From a virus (lineage: Duplodnaviria; Heunggongvirae; Uroviricota; Caudoviricetes), in IMG/VR virus record IMGVR_UViG_3300028800_000057: DNA of 26,812 nt; one strand, 5' to 3'. The notes beneath the pieces are model-generated. The model made no database searches, was not told the DNA's origin, and was given only the letters and a program-made list of their open reading frames with translations. Position numbers and translations under genes: made by a program. Position 1 is the stretch's first letter. Each line of letters begins with the position of its first letter. Shown here one piece after another: positions 7,603-14,904 of the stretch.

Positions 7603-8160
7603 GTGACCAAAGTCAAGCAATTCCTTCTACGAATTTGGTATTGGATTCGGGCTTTATTAGGGGCAACCCCAACAACGGTGACACACACGATCCCGAATCT
7701 TAGACAAGTCAAACCAGGGTTGTGGAGATCCGGACAACCGAGGACGGTATTTGATTGGGATTACTTGAAAAAGCTTGGAGTCACTCGTGTCGTCAAGCTC
7801 AACTTCGAACGTGAGTATAGTGATAGCTTTGCAAGAGTAGTCGGTATTACTACGTATGTGGTGAGCGTACAACCTGAAGGAGACAAGGATCTCATCAGCG
7901 ACATCACGAACACCTTCGTTCGACCTGACGAAAAGACCATAGAAGAGGCTGAAAAGCTCATTGACTTAAGTGTTGGTACTCTTGTCCATTGCACGCATGG
8001 TCAAGATCGAACTGGGTACTTGATAGGTAGGTATCGCGTAAACTCCGATGGTTGGAGCAAGAACGATGCATACACAGAAATGTTGAAGTATGGGTTCCAT
8101 CCTGAGTTGCATGGTTTGCATGAGGCTTGGGAGGAGTTCACCCCGAACGTGAAGACTTAG
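7603..8160 (+). CDS. Cysteine-type (CX5R) phosphatase of the tyrosine/dual-specificity family, resembling PTP-like RNA 5'-phosphatases.
   Basis: VHCTHGQDRTGYLIGRY is the HCxxGxxR(S/T)G P-loop. HCTHGxxRTG is the form seen in Siw14-like and capping-enzyme/BVP-type cysteine phosphatases. It has a GTG start. Confidence 0.8.
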   Translation: MTKVKQFLLRIWYWIRALLGATPTTVTHTIPNLRQVKPGLWRSGQPRTVFDWDYLKKLGVTRVVKLNFEREYSDSFARVVGITTYVVSVQPEGDKDLISDITNTFVRPDEKTIEEAEKLIDLSVGTLVHCTHGQDRTGYLIGRYRVNSDGWSKNDAYTEMLKYGFHPELHGLHEAWEEFTPNVKT

Positions 8161-8192
8161 TAATGCTAGTCCTTCTATGGGGCTAGTCAGGT

Positions 8193-9185
8193 ATGCTCAG
8201 AACATACCACACGCATAACGGGACCCAACGTCAAGCCCATCTTGGCGGTTGGAAGAAGCAAACTAATGACACTCGGGATGAGGAGTACCGAGTTAAAGTA
8301 CCTCAGGGGCTACTTACTGCAGCCCCGACATCAATGGATCTACGGTCCATCTGCTCGACTATCGAAGATCAGGGTCAGCTTGGTTCATGTACGGCCAACA
8401 TGTTTGCCGGCATGGTTGAATCCAATGAGATCAGTGGTGGAGCGAAGAATAGCCTCATTGGCGCTTCCTCAGCAGCTGTCGTTGTCTCGAGTATTGTCAC
8501 GAATGCCGACGGAAGTATCTCGTTTTCTACAAAGGTGACCCCAGCGGCCGCTCCCGCACCAACCCCCACGCCAACCCCCACGCCAACCCCCACGCCAACG
8601 CCCAAGACCTTGATTCAGGTCAGTAGGTTGTTCGAGTACTACGCCACTCGCAAGATCGAAGGGACGGTCAGTGAAGATAGTGGAGCCACGATCCGTGACA
8701 CGATCAAGGCTGGTGCTCAGTACGGTATCGCTGATGAAGCATCTTGGCCGTACGACATCAACAAGTTCACGACCAACCCTCCGTCGACGATCTGGACTGC
8801 AGCCGCCACCCACAAGGTTACAAGCTACCACTCAATTACGGATGGTGACTTAGTCACGATGAAGGCTGCTATTGCATCCGGATTCCTCGTTGGCTACGGC
8901 TTCCAGGTCTACGACTACTTTATGAGCCAAGATATGGCCACGAAGGCCTTCTTGGATCTACCTGCCAAGACTGAGTCTCTCCAGGGTGGGCACGCTCAGT
9001 GTCTCGTTGGCTACAACGACAACATGGTCAACCCCTTCAGATCAACCTCCAAGGGTGCTTTCCTCGTACGCAACAGCTGGGGAACTGATTGGGGTCTAGC
9101 AGGTTACTACTGGGTCACTTATGAATACCTGAAAAACACGTCACTTGCGAGTGACTTCTGGGTAATCCAGAGCGAAGCACTGTAG
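8193..9185 (+). CDS. Papain-like cysteine peptidase (family C1) with an internal Pro-Thr linker insertion. It has no signal peptide and no propeptide.
   Basis: DQGQLGSCTANMFAG carries the oxyanion Gln and catalytic Cys. GGHAQCLVGYND carries the His. VRNSWGTDWGLAGYYWV carries the Asn and Trp. Confidence 0.85.
   Translation: MLRTYHTHNGTQRQAHLGGWKKQTNDTRDEEYRVKVPQGLLTAAPTSMDLRSICSTIEDQGQLGSCTANMFAGMVESNEISGGAKNSLIGASSAAVVVSSIVTNADGSISFSTKVTPAAAPAPTPTPTPTPTPTPTPKTLIQVSRLFEYYATRKIEGTVSEDSGATIRDTIKAGAQYGIADEASWPYDINKFTTNPPSTIWTAAATHKVTSYHSITDGDLVTMKAAIASGFLVGYGFQVYDYFMSQDMATKAFLDLPAKTESLQGGHAQCLVGYNDNMVNPFRSTSKGAFLVRNSWGTDWGLAGYYWVTYEYLKNTSLASDFWVIQSEAL
8541..8606 (+). repeat. Pro-Thr/Pro-Ala tandem codon repeat ((CCAACCCCCACG)n) encoding PAAAPAPTPTPTPTPTPTPTP.
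   Basis: Read directly. It lies inside the C1 peptidase ORF, between the Cys and His regions. Confidence 0.85.
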
Positions 9186-9203
9186 GCCTAGCTAGTTAGC
9201 TCG

Positions 9204-9233
9204 AAGGCCTCAGCTCGAGAGGGTTGGGGCCTT
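9204..9233. terminator. Weak hairpin AAGGCC-n18-GGCCTT between convergent gene ends.
   Basis: 6-bp stem between the stop at 9185 (+) and the stop at 9240 (-). Confidence 0.25.
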
Positions 9234-9239
9234 TTCCGT

Positions 9240-10481
9240 TTAACCAGTAGGAGGAGAACAAGGTGACAGCTCAGGACCTTTGGGGCCTTCTGCCTTCTTC
9301 TCAGTTTTGGGGGCAGCCAACTCTTTCATTCGGGATACCAGCTTGAGCACCTTTGATTGAGGTCGATACTTCAGTTGCAGGGCTATCTCCCTTAGATAGC
9401 CGCCGGTGAGACCTTCGGTACACGCTACGATCTCGCTGATGTCCTCCAGTCCTTCGATTCCAAACTCCTTCAGGTACCCGCGCAGGATCTCTTCTCGGTC
9501 GGTAGCGTTGGGATCCTCGAACTCTTTGATCTCATCAATGCGTCCAGGTCGCAAGAGGGCCGCGTCCAGTTTGGTGATATCGTTGATGGTGATGCAGACT
9601 GTGACATTCGGGAACTTGCCCTTGAAGTCAGTGAGAGTAGAGAACAAGGTAGGCAAGGACTTCTCAAGCTCTGCGCAACGGTCGAGGTCGTCGATAACCA
9701 AGAAGTTGGGGGACAGGCTCTGGATGATGAGGTCGAGATCTTTGGTCCCGACGCTGGTCAAGCCATTGGCATCAATGCGTAGAGTGCGTCCACAGGTCAG
9801 CATTGCCAATTGAAGAGCAAAGCTGGTCTTCCCACACCCTTGCTTGCCGGCAAGCAAGTACGTGCGCGGTACCTTGTCGTGGAGATACTTCAGGTGTTGC
9901 TCCTTGAACTCCTCTAGATCTAGGACTAACTGCCCAATCAGCGGGTCCGTCATGAGTGGGATCTCGGAGTAACTGACTTGGATCTCACTTCGACTGGTAT
10001 CGAATACTAGCCCCAAGTGAAGACGGTCGTGGAACTCTTCCCAGAGAGCCCCCATGGTCTTCTCGAAGCTGAACTCCTTGGTATACCAAAAGTTCGCTGA
10101 GTACTCGGGTCTTCCACCCCAATGCCACTCCAGAAAGTAGATAGTCCCTATCACGGGATCTGATGCCTCAACCACGTCAAGAAACTCTCCTATCGGAACG
10201 TGATTGACCTTGAAGCTATTCCTGAGGTCAGTTCCGAAGAACGAGTTCACGAACTGCTGGTTGCTGGCTTCTATGAGGTCCTTGTTGGAAAAGAACTCAA
10301 AGAGAGCGGTGGACTTGCCATTGGTTATCTTGGTGAGAGAATCAAATATTCCCAGAACTTTCACTATGGTTCCGAAGATCCCATCCTTGTGGGTCGGGAT
10401 CTTCGGGATGATATCGGTTGAGAACGCTAGGGCTTGTCTCCAACCAAAACGCTTAGTTTTCTTGGTACCGGGTTTGTTCAT
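9240..10481 (-). CDS. AAA+ ATPase (classical AAA clade) with an N-terminal domain of about 200 aa of unknown function.
   Basis: Walker A is LLAGKQGCGKTS, Walker B is FLVIDDLD (DD rather than DE), sensor 1 is ITIND, and RPGRIDE is the second region of homology with its arginine fingers. Its ATG overlaps the upstream gene's stop as TAATG. Confidence 0.85.
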   Translation of the reverse strand: MNKPGTKKTKRFGWRQALAFSTDIIPKIPTHKDGIFGTIVKVLGIFDSLTKITNGKSTALFEFFSNKDLIEASNQQFVNSFFGTDLRNSFKVNHVPIGEFLDVVEASDPVIGTIYFLEWHWGGRPEYSANFWYTKEFSFEKTMGALWEEFHDRLHLGLVFDTSRSEIQVSYSEIPLMTDPLIGQLVLDLEEFKEQHLKYLHDKVPRTYLLAGKQGCGKTSFALQLAMLTCGRTLRIDANGLTSVGTKDLDLIIQSLSPNFLVIDDLDRCAELEKSLPTLFSTLTDFKGKFPNVTVCITINDITKLDAALLRPGRIDEIKEFEDPNATDREEILRGYLKEFGIEGLEDISEIVACTEGLTGGYLREIALQLKYRPQSKVLKLVSRMKELAAPKTEKKAEGPKGPELSPCSPPTG

Positions 10482-12328
10482 TAGGCGGTTGTGGATACAC
10501 CGGCCTTCTGCAGTTCGATCTCGAAGTCGTCAATTACCGCAGATACAAAGGCTGAATCAGGTTCATCAGCCCCATTGGACTTCACTTGAACCGGCGGAGC
10601 TTTCTTTGGTTCTACCTTCTTGGGCTCAGGAGCTTTCTTTGGTTCTACCTTCTTGGGCTCAGGAGCTTTCTTTGGTTCTACCTTCTTGGGCTCAGGATCC
10701 TTCGTAGACTCTTCTTGATCTAGAAGAGCGGCTAACTCGTCCGCGCTAATGTCCGTGCCTGTAGAGGGTGTGGGAGCAGGTGCTGACGGTTCTGAACTGA
10801 GGACCTCGTCCAACAAGTCAATGTCTAGCTCATCGTCCTTCTTAGGTTCAGCTGATGCTGTTACGGGTTCAATATCGGACGTGTCGACCAACCCACACTT
10901 GGGGCAGTTCGCATGGGTGGCGTATGAGTCTGCGGTTTCAACCTGACTACCACAGAAGCAGCACTTGAACTTATCTGCCGATAGCTCCTGTGACAGCTTG
11001 ATCCGCTCTACTTGAGCCTCTGTAATCCCACTTAGCCCACCATGACCCTTACTGCAAGTAGCACCACTTGGACTATTCAATTGGGGTTCTAGGCATTCCG
11101 GGCAGTATAAACCGTTGGGCTCTAATGTCTTCCTGGTAACGGTGAGCCTATCAATACTGATCTTGATGAAGCCCATCAAATCAATGAGGGCATCACGCAT
11201 CCCTTGGGGGTCTACTGGAGATTCGTCAATCCCCTGTACAAGAGAGGTGCACAGGTTTACCACTTCAGTGGCATCGGTTGGTATAACCAGACCTTGTTGT
11301 GGTACGGCAGTATAGTGGGAGATGAGGTTCATTGTCGTGAGATACGACGTCAGTTCCGTATGCAAGCCCACGAGTACTGAAGTAGCTGACTCGTCGAGTA
11401 CAATGACCCTCAAGGCTTCCTTCAGTAGACGGCGCGCAGTAGTTATTCTCTCTACTGGGGTCTCTGGAGGATCCCTATCACTGTCGTCGTCATCAACCTT
11501 GGATGGTTCGAGAGCATGGGCGGGCTTCTCTTCAGCCTTGGGCGGCTCCGGTGCTACTTCAACGGTGACTGGTTTGGCAGGCTTGGGTGTTGGGATCGGG
11601 GCGCCGGTACTGGCGGTGACAGAGGTACCCCCCTTGGCTGCTTCTCGGATGGTGTCAGACAGCGTCGTCTTGGTGCGCGGGGTCTTGAGGTAGATGACCA
11701 CGTCGTCTGCAGAGGGAGCTCGACTTTCACGCTTGGCAGCTTCCTCAGCGAATTTGATGGCATCAATAACCATAGTGGTAGCCAGTGACTTCGAGTTAAC
11801 CCTGTCCTTGTAGTCCTCGGGGACAATCTTGCTACTGAAGATGATGCGATAGGTGGTGGCAAGCTTGAAAGTGACTCCCAACCGATCAGCCAACTTTTTG
11901 AGGGCCTCCCCTTTCTTGCCCTTTTTGCCCTGTTCACTGGCTTCTAGGATCTGCTCCAACCTTTCAAGGGAGGTAGCCATCCTTCTTGGGTCAAGATGCC
12001 GGCGCTTAGCATTGGCGCTCATCAAGTACTCGAGTTCTTCTTCTTTTGATTCAAAGTTCTCGTGAACTCGAACAGCAATCACTTCCTCTTTGATCTGCGC
12101 GCTGGTCAGGCCGCCTTGTTCGAGAGTCCAACAGAAGCCAGAGTACCTGATGTGGCCCGACAGTATGGTTCCGTCGTCAAGGATGATGAGGGGCTCCTGA
12201 AGGCCTCTCTTCTGGATATCCTCTCTAATCTCTTCGTAACTTGCCTCGTCGGTAGGAAGACCGAAGATCTTTACGTTGTCTGGGTGTAGTCTCAGGGAAC
12301 CAATCTTACGAAATTCAATCTTGTCCAT
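10481..12328 (-). CDS. ParB/Srx-like N-terminal domain protein of 615 aa with two zinc ribbons and a C-terminal KKVEPKKAPEP tandem repeat.
   Basis: GLQEPLIILDDGTILSGHIRY is the ParB box. Two zinc ribbons: CPECLEP...CSKGH and CCFCGSQ...CPKCG. GGTGTA lies 15 nt upstream. Confidence 0.8.
   Translation of the reverse strand: MDKIEFRKIGSLRLHPDNVKIFGLPTDEASYEEIREDIQKRGLQEPLIILDDGTILSGHIRYSGFCWTLEQGGLTSAQIKEEVIAVRVHENFESKEEELEYLMSANAKRRHLDPRRMATSLERLEQILEASEQGKKGKKGEALKKLADRLGVTFKLATTYRIIFSSKIVPEDYKDRVNSKSLATTMVIDAIKFAEEAAKRESRAPSADDVVIYLKTPRTKTTLSDTIREAAKGGTSVTASTGAPIPTPKPAKPVTVEVAPEPPKAEEKPAHALEPSKVDDDDSDRDPPETPVERITTARRLLKEALRVIVLDESATSVLVGLHTELTSYLTTMNLISHYTAVPQQGLVIPTDATEVVNLCTSLVQGIDESPVDPQGMRDALIDLMGFIKISIDRLTVTRKTLEPNGLYCPECLEPQLNSPSGATCSKGHGGLSGITEAQVERIKLSQELSADKFKCCFCGSQVETADSYATHANCPKCGLVDTSDIEPVTASAEPKKDDELDIDLLDEVLSSEPSAPAPTPSTGTDISADELAALLDQEESTKDPEPKKVEPKKAPEPKKVEPKKAPEPKKVEPKKAPPVQVKSNGADEPDSAFVSAVIDDFEIELQKAGVSTTA
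10597..10695. repeat. Perfect 33-nt tandem repeat in three copies, encoding KKVEPKKAPEP three times.
   Basis: GAGCTTTCTTTGGTTCTACCTTCTTGGGCTCAG repeated three times on the plus strand. It generates spurious antisense ORFs such as 10204..10707. Confidence 0.9.
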
Positions 12329-12343
12329 ACTGCTGCAACCCTT

Positions 12344-12349
12344 TACACC
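12344..12349 (-). promoter_or_regulatory. GGTGTA upstream element (TCGGTGTA) for the ParB-like gene.
   Basis: Reads cttcGGTGTAaagggttgcagcagtATG on the minus strand. Confidence 0.4.
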
Positions 12350-12360
12350 GAAGTAAGAGC

Positions 12361-12651
12361 ATGACCCGCCTGTGGAAATTTATAGAAGAGCACTACTTTT
12401 TAGCCGCTTGGATAGTGGTGGTGTTCATTGGTCAGACCTCGAAAGTGATTCAGAGCTTTCTACATATTTTTCACAGGCCCGCTACCATCAACCACTTTGG
12501 AGCAAATGAGGGTGAGAATGAGCCGACACAACCGCCCCAGCGTCCTCGACTAGGGTCTGGAACACCGAGAGCTACTGCACCGGTTCAACGCTCAACGGTA
12601 CTCACAAGAGCCGAGAGGATCATACGAAACCTCACGGGTGGAAACTCCTGA
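12361..12651 (+). CDS. Hypothetical protein of 96 aa with an N-terminal TM helix and a C-terminal TRAERIIRNL.
   Basis: Track ORF with a hydrophobic N-terminus (AAWIVVVFIG). Its C-terminal nucleotides match the RYERIIR tail of the 2965..3840 gene at 13 of 15 positions. Confidence 0.45.
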   Translation: MTRLWKFIEEHYFLAAWIVVVFIGQTSKVIQSFLHIFHRPATINHFGANEGENEPTQPPQRPRLGSGTPRATAPVQRSTVLTRAERIIRNLTGGNS

Positions 12652-12671
12652 TAAGCTACCTCTAGTGTTGT

Positions 12672-12899
12672 ATGCCTTCATGCGTCCTATGTAGCGACTC
12701 CGCTTCTTTTCTACTGGTCTATGAACTACCGACCCATCGTCGCGTGGAAGTACTTCTATGCAAGACTCATTCGGATTTGGTTCAAGATGACATGCCAGAG
12801 CTTACAGCTGAAAGCAAGATAAATGTCCACCTTGATCCGCTAACCAATGCTAGCTTGGTACCTGGCCCCCGAACGACTAGATTCCCGTCTGAGGCCTAA
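12672..12899 (+). CDS. Hypothetical Cys/His-containing small protein of 75 aa.
   Basis: Track ORF with CVLC...LCKTH. Its stop shares CTAA with the stop of the convergent thymidine kinase gene. Confidence 0.35.
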   Translation: MPSCVLCSDSASFLLVYELPTHRRVEVLLCKTHSDLVQDDMPELTAESKINVHLDPLTNASLVPGPRTTRFPSEA

Positions 12900-13435
12900 T
12901 GGGTGAAGCAACGAATGCATCTGGGCTCATAGGATTCGTCAGCTCCTACAAGAATCAAGTCATCCGATTGAATCTTCCGAAAAGTCCTGGAGGCTAGCTC
13001 CCCACATTGTGCGCACTTAGCTGACATCTTCAAAACAGTATCAGCGTAGGCCAAAAGATTAGGCATCGGTCCAAAGGGCACCCCTCGAAAGTCAAGGTCG
13101 AGCCCGGACAGGGTGAAGCTGATCCCCTTGCGCAAGAACTCATTGATTTGGTAAATCGCTATGGGTTCCAAGAACTGAGCCTCATCAATGAAGATGTGGT
13201 TGTGCTCTTGGATGTCCGACAAGTCGTTCGAGACCCAATCGCAATCGATGGTGGTTCCTCGGTGGGATACGAATAGTCCTGGGACGTCCCTTGTGTCTCG
13301 AACGGGCCTGTAGCAGCCGCGAAGCTCACTTGGGATGGCTTTTGCCATGTGGATTAACGTCTCAGTCTTATCTGAGAACATCGGGCCAGTAAGAATTCTG
13401 AGTCTACCTACGCCGGTTAGCACTTCTCGGATCAT
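12896..13435 (-). CDS. tdk: Thymidine kinase (TK1-type) with an atypical P-loop GPMFSDKT.
   Basis: ILTGPMFSDKTETL is the P-loop, IFIDEAQF is Walker B, LDLDFRGVPFG is the substrate loop, and CAQCG...CIRC is the zinc ribbon. Start placed at the internal ATG at 13435 because GGTGTA lies 10 nt upstream of it. The track ORF extends to 13504. Confidence 0.85.
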   Translation of the reverse strand: MIREVLTGVGRLRILTGPMFSDKTETLIHMAKAIPSELRGCYRPVRDTRDVPGLFVSHRGTTIDCDWVSNDLSDIQEHNHIFIDEAQFLEPIAIYQINEFLRKGISFTLSGLDLDFRGVPFGPMPNLLAYADTVLKMSAKCAQCGELASRTFRKIQSDDLILVGADESYEPRCIRCFTH

Positions 13436-13445
13436 GGGGCTTCCA

Positions 13446-13451
13446 TACACC
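13446..13451 (-). promoter_or_regulatory. GGTGTA upstream element (TCGGTGTA) for the thymidine kinase gene.
   Basis: Reads cattcGGTGTAtggaagccccATG on the minus strand. Confidence 0.4.
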
Positions 13452-13832
13452 GAATGAAGTCCTTTTAGAAGTGCTATATCGTGACAACCTTGCGCAGCGG
13501 TCATTATGTCAGTCTTACAGCCGAGGGTCCTGGGGCTCCTCTCTGGTACTCTGAGGATATGGGGTGGGTGTTAGAGCTGTCATTGCGGACTATCTTCATC
13601 AGTGTGCATACTGTCATTGGTATCCCTATACTTGGATTGCCCGCTGGGTATCACACAAGAGTAGTTTTCGAATCGGTGGCTATACCACCTCAACCTCAAA
13701 AAACCTCCAATTGCTGCTGTGAACCTATTTAAGAGGATGTGGGGGTTTCCATGGGGTTGCGGCTACATAGTCAGCTAGCTAAATACTTGATACATCTTAG
13801 TAGCTTAGGTAGAGACTCTCGGAGCACAGCCC

Positions 13833-14261
13833 ATGGGTATGAACCGGTCCAGATCTAGCGAAAATGTATCATCTGAGGTTGTTGCTTTGGAGAATTTGCG
13901 CTCCTGGAAAGCGCAATTCGAAGACAACCCACTAAATCCGGATGTTGTTCGAAAGGGCCTATTAACTCTGAGTGATATTGGAGAGTCGGCTTTGATGCAA
14001 GCTGTCAAGTACGGTAGAAAAGTCGAGGAAATCCATGAGTCGCAACAGAAAGTCCAGGGTCAGCTAGAGCTAGTACAAGCTAAGTTGGATACTACTATCT
14101 CAAGGTTCGAAGGTTCTTCGTCAGTACAGGGCCGAGAGAGTGAATCCATAGCTGAAGAGATGAGAGGGCTGCAGCAAGGGCTGCAAGAGGTCAAGGATAT
14201 GTCTCGCGCAATCGTTGACCACTTCAATATAGAAGTCCCAAGTAAGAAGCCTGGTAAGTAG
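13833..14261 (+). CDS. Hypothetical coiled-coil protein of 142 aa.
   Basis: Track ORF with heptad-like Q/E/L-rich sequence. Confidence 0.5.
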   Translation: MGMNRSRSSENVSSEVVALENLRSWKAQFEDNPLNPDVVRKGLLTLSDIGESALMQAVKYGRKVEEIHESQQKVQGQLELVQAKLDTTISRFEGSSSVQGRESESIAEEMRGLQQGLQEVKDMSRAIVDHFNIEVPSKKPGK

Positions 14262-14490
14262 GCGCTCAGTTTCCTTCATTTTTGAGTCTCTACGTGCTCC
14301 CATAGCTTGGGTGTCGTATTGGTGTCTCAACGAAGCGAAGGCTAAAGCCCTCAAGTTGACTTGGGCGTGAAGGTTAGCTGGATCTTTAGGCCTAGGGTAG
14401 GGATAGGAAAGACGTACAAGGTCTTGCTACTCCTCTCAAAGAAGAACCCGATCCATAGGTCATACCAGCGGAATATTGGTGTTACTTTCA

Positions 14491-14856
14491 TCATTGGGTA
14501 GTCAGTGACTTGAGAATGCTGAGGCCTATGACCAAGTCGTCTTCCGGGGTATCCCGAAGCTCCTTCCACATCTTCCAGACGGCTTCCCCAATAGGTGGGA
14601 TCACATCGTCCTGAAGCTCGATGGTGTTGCGCTTGGTGTCAAAGCCCCCGTGCTCATCCTGTCCGTAAACACAGATGGTCACTCCCTCCTCAGTGAAGAT
14701 AACGAAGACCCCGAGCGGCCATACTGGGGTGAGCCCAGCAGCCTTCGTGACCCCATCCACAATGAAGCTTGGGATGGTCACAAGCTTGCTCAAGTCGTTA
14801 ATAGTTGAGCAGACCGTGAAGGGGACTGGACCCTCTATCTTGTCTCCTGATTTCAC
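14491..14856 (-). CDS. Hypothetical protein of 121 aa with a GTG start.
   Basis: Track ORF. A minus-strand GGTGTA (14865-14870) lies 8 nt upstream of the start. Confidence 0.45.
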   Translation of the reverse strand: MKSGDKIEGPVPFTVCSTINDLSKLVTIPSFIVDGVTKAAGLTPVWPLGVFVIFTEEGVTICVYGQDEHGGFDTKRNTIELQDDVIPPIGEAVWKMWKELRDTPEDDLVIGLSILKSLTTQ

Positions 14857-14864
14857 CTTGATGA

Positions 14865-14870
14865 GTACAC
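14865..14870 (-). promoter_or_regulatory. GGTGTA upstream element (TCGGTGTA).
   Basis: Reads ccgttcGGTGTActcatcaagGTG on the minus strand. Confidence 0.35.
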
Positions 14871-14904
14871 CGAACGGTTATCCTCTTGTTGTTTCTGTTC
14901 GTAG

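Noticed and set aside
10204-10946. Plus-strand ORFs 10204..10707 (with LSLVLPSWAQE repeats) and 10749..10946 lying antisense to the ParB-like gene.
   Set aside because: They are artefacts of the 33-nt tandem repeat and low-complexity coding on the opposite strand. The minus-strand gene has clear domain signatures.
11115-12289. Several plus-strand ORFs (11115..11315, 11322..11693, 11516..11788, 11853..12065, 12062..12289) inside the ParB-like gene.
   Set aside because: They are antisense to a 615-aa gene with conserved motifs. Their compositions are low-complexity (Ser, Gly and Arg-rich), typical of antisense frames.
13481-13732. 83-aa plus-strand ORF in the 400-nt gap between the thymidine kinase gene and the 13833 gene.
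   Set aside because: If the thymidine kinase starts at 13435, this region is a divergent promoter gap. The ORF has no motif, ends in an odd CCCEPI sequence, and has no upstream GGTGTA. It is left uncalled.
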